8,401 nucleotides of DNA from Candidatus Caldarchaeales archaeon (GTDB taxonomy: Archaea; Thermoproteota; Nitrososphaeria_A; Caldarchaeales; Calditenuaceae). Shown in pieces: positions 6,504 through 8,401 of the stretch (positions are counted from its first letter, which is position 1; each line of letters starts with the position of its first letter). The stretch spans positions 1 through 8,401 of the forward strand of contig JAVVGN010000076.1 of the NCBI GenBank assembly GCA_032249095.1, in the 5' to 3' direction. Under the pieces are notes generated by a model. The model was not told where the DNA came from, did not search any database, and was given only the letters and a program-made list of their open reading frames with translations. Position numbers and translations under genes: made by a program.

Positions 6504-7133
6504 ATGATGAATAAGATTATCCTGGGGCTAATACTCTCGGCCCTGGGGCTCGGCATCTCGCTCCTCTCACCCATTATCCACATAATGCTTGTCTCGTATG
6601 GTGTTGAGAGCTTTCTGGCCTACGAGGCGCTGCCAGGCCTCACGATGCATCTTCTCCTCTCGCTCGTGGGGGTGCCTATCAGCGTGTCGGGCCTGCTCCT
6701 TTTTAGGCGGGGTGTTAGGGAGGAGCTTGAGGAGGAGGCCCTCACCTATTCTAGAAGGCCAGCCGTCGAGGGGTTTGAGTCGCTGATCCAGCGGCCTAGA
6801 CCTGGCGGTCCTGGGGAGCAGCCGAGGCCTGATGTGGGGGAGAAGCGGTCGAAGGATGCGGGTGCTCAGCTCCCGCCGCGGGGAGGCGTTAAGGTGAAGA
6901 GCTCCGGCACCACGATCATCTGCTCCAAATGTGGCGCGGAGACGCCCGTGGGCTCGAGGAAGTGTAGGGGGTGTGGTGAGAGGTTTATGGCGCCAGACGA
7001 CCCGTTAAAGGCCTGCCCAATCTGTGGATGCGACCTCGGAGCTGCGATGGTCCTCGGAGACGACGTGTATGTATGCGGCTTCTGCTTCAGCGAGCTCATA
7101 ATAGAGAAGGATCTGGCCAGGAGGATCTTCTAG
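6504..7133 (+). CDS. Membrane-anchored double zinc-ribbon protein (hypothetical)
   Basis: Two hydrophobic helices (IILGLILSALGLGISLLSPIIHIMLV; LTMHLLLSLVGVPISVSGLLLF). A Pro/Gly/Arg-rich linker follows. Then CSKCGAETPVGSRKCRGCG (CxxC-x10-CxxC) and CPICG...VCGFC. Confidence 0.75.
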   Translation: MMNKIILGLILSALGLGISLLSPIIHIMLVSYGVESFLAYEALPGLTMHLLLSLVGVPISVSGLLLFRRGVREELEEEALTYSRRPAVEGFESLIQRPRPGGPGEQPRPDVGEKRSKDAGAQLPPRGGVKVKSSGTTIICSKCGAETPVGSRKCRGCGERFMAPDDPLKACPICGCDLGAAMVLGDDVYVCGFCFSELIIEKDLARRIF

Positions 7134-7160
7134 AGGGCTTGATCCGTTGAGCCCAGCCTC

Positions 7161-7183
7161 CACAATAGCGTTACACAATAGCG
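7161..7183 (+). repeat. Tandem direct repeat cacaatagcg-tta-cacaatagcg (13-nt period)
   Basis: Exact 10-mers at 7161-7170 and 7174-7183, 28 nt after the stop at 7131-7133. Confidence 0.7.
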
Positions 7184-7498
7184 CTGCGTGCAGCTCTCGC
7201 AATGGATAAGTAGCTCTCAGCATTCCTCTCTCTCATATACCCTGCCCTCGGGGGCCACATTGCCTTTGCTACCCCCTCCATGTTAGCTATAGGCTCTCGC
7301 TTACTGTATCTTTATGCCCCCGATACTAACATGGATAACCGTATAGTGTTGTTTGTCCTTTTCTTTTGAATATCACTTCGTTTCCCCATGGGTCTAGCTG
7401 TGTTGGTATGTTTCCGTGTTTTATGCCTAGTGTGTGTCTTGGTTTAGATTTCTCCTTCTTGATGAGGCTTATCTCCCTCTCTATTCCTTTGGTTCTGC

Positions 7499-7888
7499 TT
7501 GAGCATAGTTAGTCTGGGGTTGGTGATGGCCTGGTTATTGGGGCCACTACTCTTTATATGTGGGGCCGGTGGGGGGTCTTCTCCGAAACGGGTGATGTGG
7601 ATGGAGTGGGATGGTGGGGAGGTTCCAGTTGGTTGCGAGGCAATACGAGATAAAGACCATAGAATAAGGAGGTGGATAAGTGGTGGTAGGGTCTTCATTG
7701 ACTTCGGACGTAACAGGGTCTATGCTCTTCCAGAGGACGGTGAGGATGTGATAATCTTCGGCGGCTTCTTGGAGATGTTTGGGAGGCTGAGGCCGAGGGT
7801 TGTGGTGGCTGATAGTTATCCGAGGAAGCTCCTGACTTATTCCAGCCGTTCTATGCTTCTCCGTTGGAGCTTGAGGTTAGGGCTCTGA
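7499..7888 (+). pseudogene. Frame-2 ORF that fuses an ORF1-family relic with the N-terminal RuvC-like half of a second IS110-like gene (copy B)
   Basis: SSPKRVMWMEWDGG matches ORF1 TPDGVMVVQNEWDG. The ORF1 tail continues in frame 0 (7611-7667, MVGRFQLVARQYEIKTIE*) after a 134-nt deletion relative to copy A. After SD-like aggaggtg (7667-7674), RVFIDFGRNRVYAL...VVVADSYP aligns with FYADVH...LFMDTLPP. There is no canonical in-frame start after the SD. Confidence 0.45.
7619..7674 (+). repeat. Conserved 56-nt junction block (copy B)
   Basis: gaggttccagttggttgcgaggcaatacgagataaagaccatagaataaggaggtg; see 192-247. Confidence 0.8.
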
Positions 7889-8401
7889 CGGAGCTTTGGG
7901 TGGAGATGGCTGGGATAAAGAGGGCGGCCAAAAATACACGGACCACAACAGATGATCCATTAGCAGATGAGGCTCATAAGATATTGAGGCGCTACACTGA
8001 GAGGCTGGCGACTAGGATTCATGAAAAGGCTATGGGGATAGAACTCTACAGTATGGCCGTCGAGGGGGTTGGTCTTAAGGGGCCGGCGCTAGCGTACATT
8101 ATTTCGCGCGACGGGTTCGTGCTCAAAGCTTTGTCTAGGGATAGGCTGGTCTTCAGGTTTCAGATGACTGGTAGGCGAAGACATAGGGAGAGAAATACGA
8201 GGAGTAGACTACTGATACTGCTTGCTTGTTCAGTGGTGCTTAACAGGCATCAAGGATACTACCAGGTCTATCAGAGATTTTTTGAGAGGTTTCAGACAGA
8301 GGGCTATGGGAGAAGGGCGTTCTGGAAGTCCATTTTAAGGGTGGCTGAGAGAATACTGAAGGACCTACACATCCTTGCTAAGAGCCAAACACCACGATCC
8401 C
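7816..8401 (+). pseudogene. IS110-like gene copy B, continuation in frame 1 (first ATG 7906), open to the window end
   Basis: This frame is open from 7816 to 8401 and is not in the supplied ORF track because it has no stop. FQPFYASPLELEVRAL aligns with copy A AIELLRRGVEVYYL, which needs a frame 2 to 1 shift near 7825-7840. Then follow TTTDDPLADEA, the HhH-like VEGVGLKGPALAYII, QMTGRRRHRERN and RAFWKSILRVAERILKDLHILAK, which resemble the IS110-type C-terminal domain. Confidence 0.5.

Larger units (their letters stand above)
7499..8401 (+). mobile_element. Decayed IS110-like cassette (copy B); left boundary uncertain and right end outside the window
   Basis: Paralogous to 1-1047, in the same orientation, and carrying a deletion and a frameshift. 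Confidence 0.4.

Noticed and set aside
6589-7223. ORFs 6589..6786 (+), 6866..7099 (-) and 7005..7223 (-)
   Set aside because: They overlap the zinc-ribbon protein gene in alternative or antisense frames. They have no motifs and a biased composition.
7444-7698. Minus-strand ORF 7444..7698 (84 aa)
   Set aside because: It is antisense to the region where + strand frames show paralogue-supported homology (EWDG, RF.VAR.YEIKT). It is Pro/Ser-rich and probably spurious. It is the only ORF in the A-depleted tract, so I cannot fully exclude it.
1134-8401. Sequencing or assembly error as the cause of all the frameshifts
   Set aside because: More than 4.7 kb of adjacent housekeeping coding sequence (ileS, rio2, zinc-ribbon gene) is uninterrupted. 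The lesions also include a 134-nt deletion and a nonsense codon, not only homopolymer indels. Read-level confirmation is still needed.
1-8401. tRNA, rRNA and CRISPR arrays
   Set aside because: There is no T-loop-like GGTTCGAATCC/GGTTCAAATCC on either strand. There are no regularly spaced 24-40 nt repeats and no GC-rich structured-RNA segment. The only repeats are those listed above.

Overview
Archaeal chromosomal segment. This is inferred from crenarchaeote-style codon usage (AGG/AGA Arg, ATA Ile), A/T-rich TATA-like boxes about 25 nt upstream of start codons, an archaeal-length IleRS and a Rio2 kinase. All credible genes are on the + strand. The core is an intact housekeeping block. It holds isoleucyl-tRNA synthetase ileS (2324-5512), a Rio2-type kinase (5516-6400, only 3 nt after ileS) and a membrane-anchored double zinc-ribbon protein (6504-7133). 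Upstream is a Cys/His-rich putative secreted protein gene ending at 2250; its first ~330 nt need about four frame changes to be read, so the 5' end looks pseudogenised. Both window edges (1-1047 and ~7499-8401) carry diverged, decayed, same-orientation copies of one repeated cassette. The cassette is a small ORF1 followed by a recombinase-like gene that, by eye, has IS110-family architecture: a RuvC-like acidic tetrad, a helical linker, an HhH-like G-x-G segment and an S/T-G...N tail. The most unusual signals are these: (i) a 56-nt block at the ORF1/ORF2 junction is ~84% identical between copies whose recombinase ORFs are otherwise barely alignable; (ii) the decayed tail of the 5' recombinase gene repeats the ORF1 C-terminus, with differences only at third codon positions, which suggests head-to-tail or nested copies; (iii) a ~300-nt strongly A-depleted non-coding tract lies upstream of the 3' copy. 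I saw no tRNA, rRNA, CRISPR array or recognisable defence/toxin system. All family assignments other than ileS and rio2 rest on by-eye motif comparison and need HMM or BLAST confirmation.
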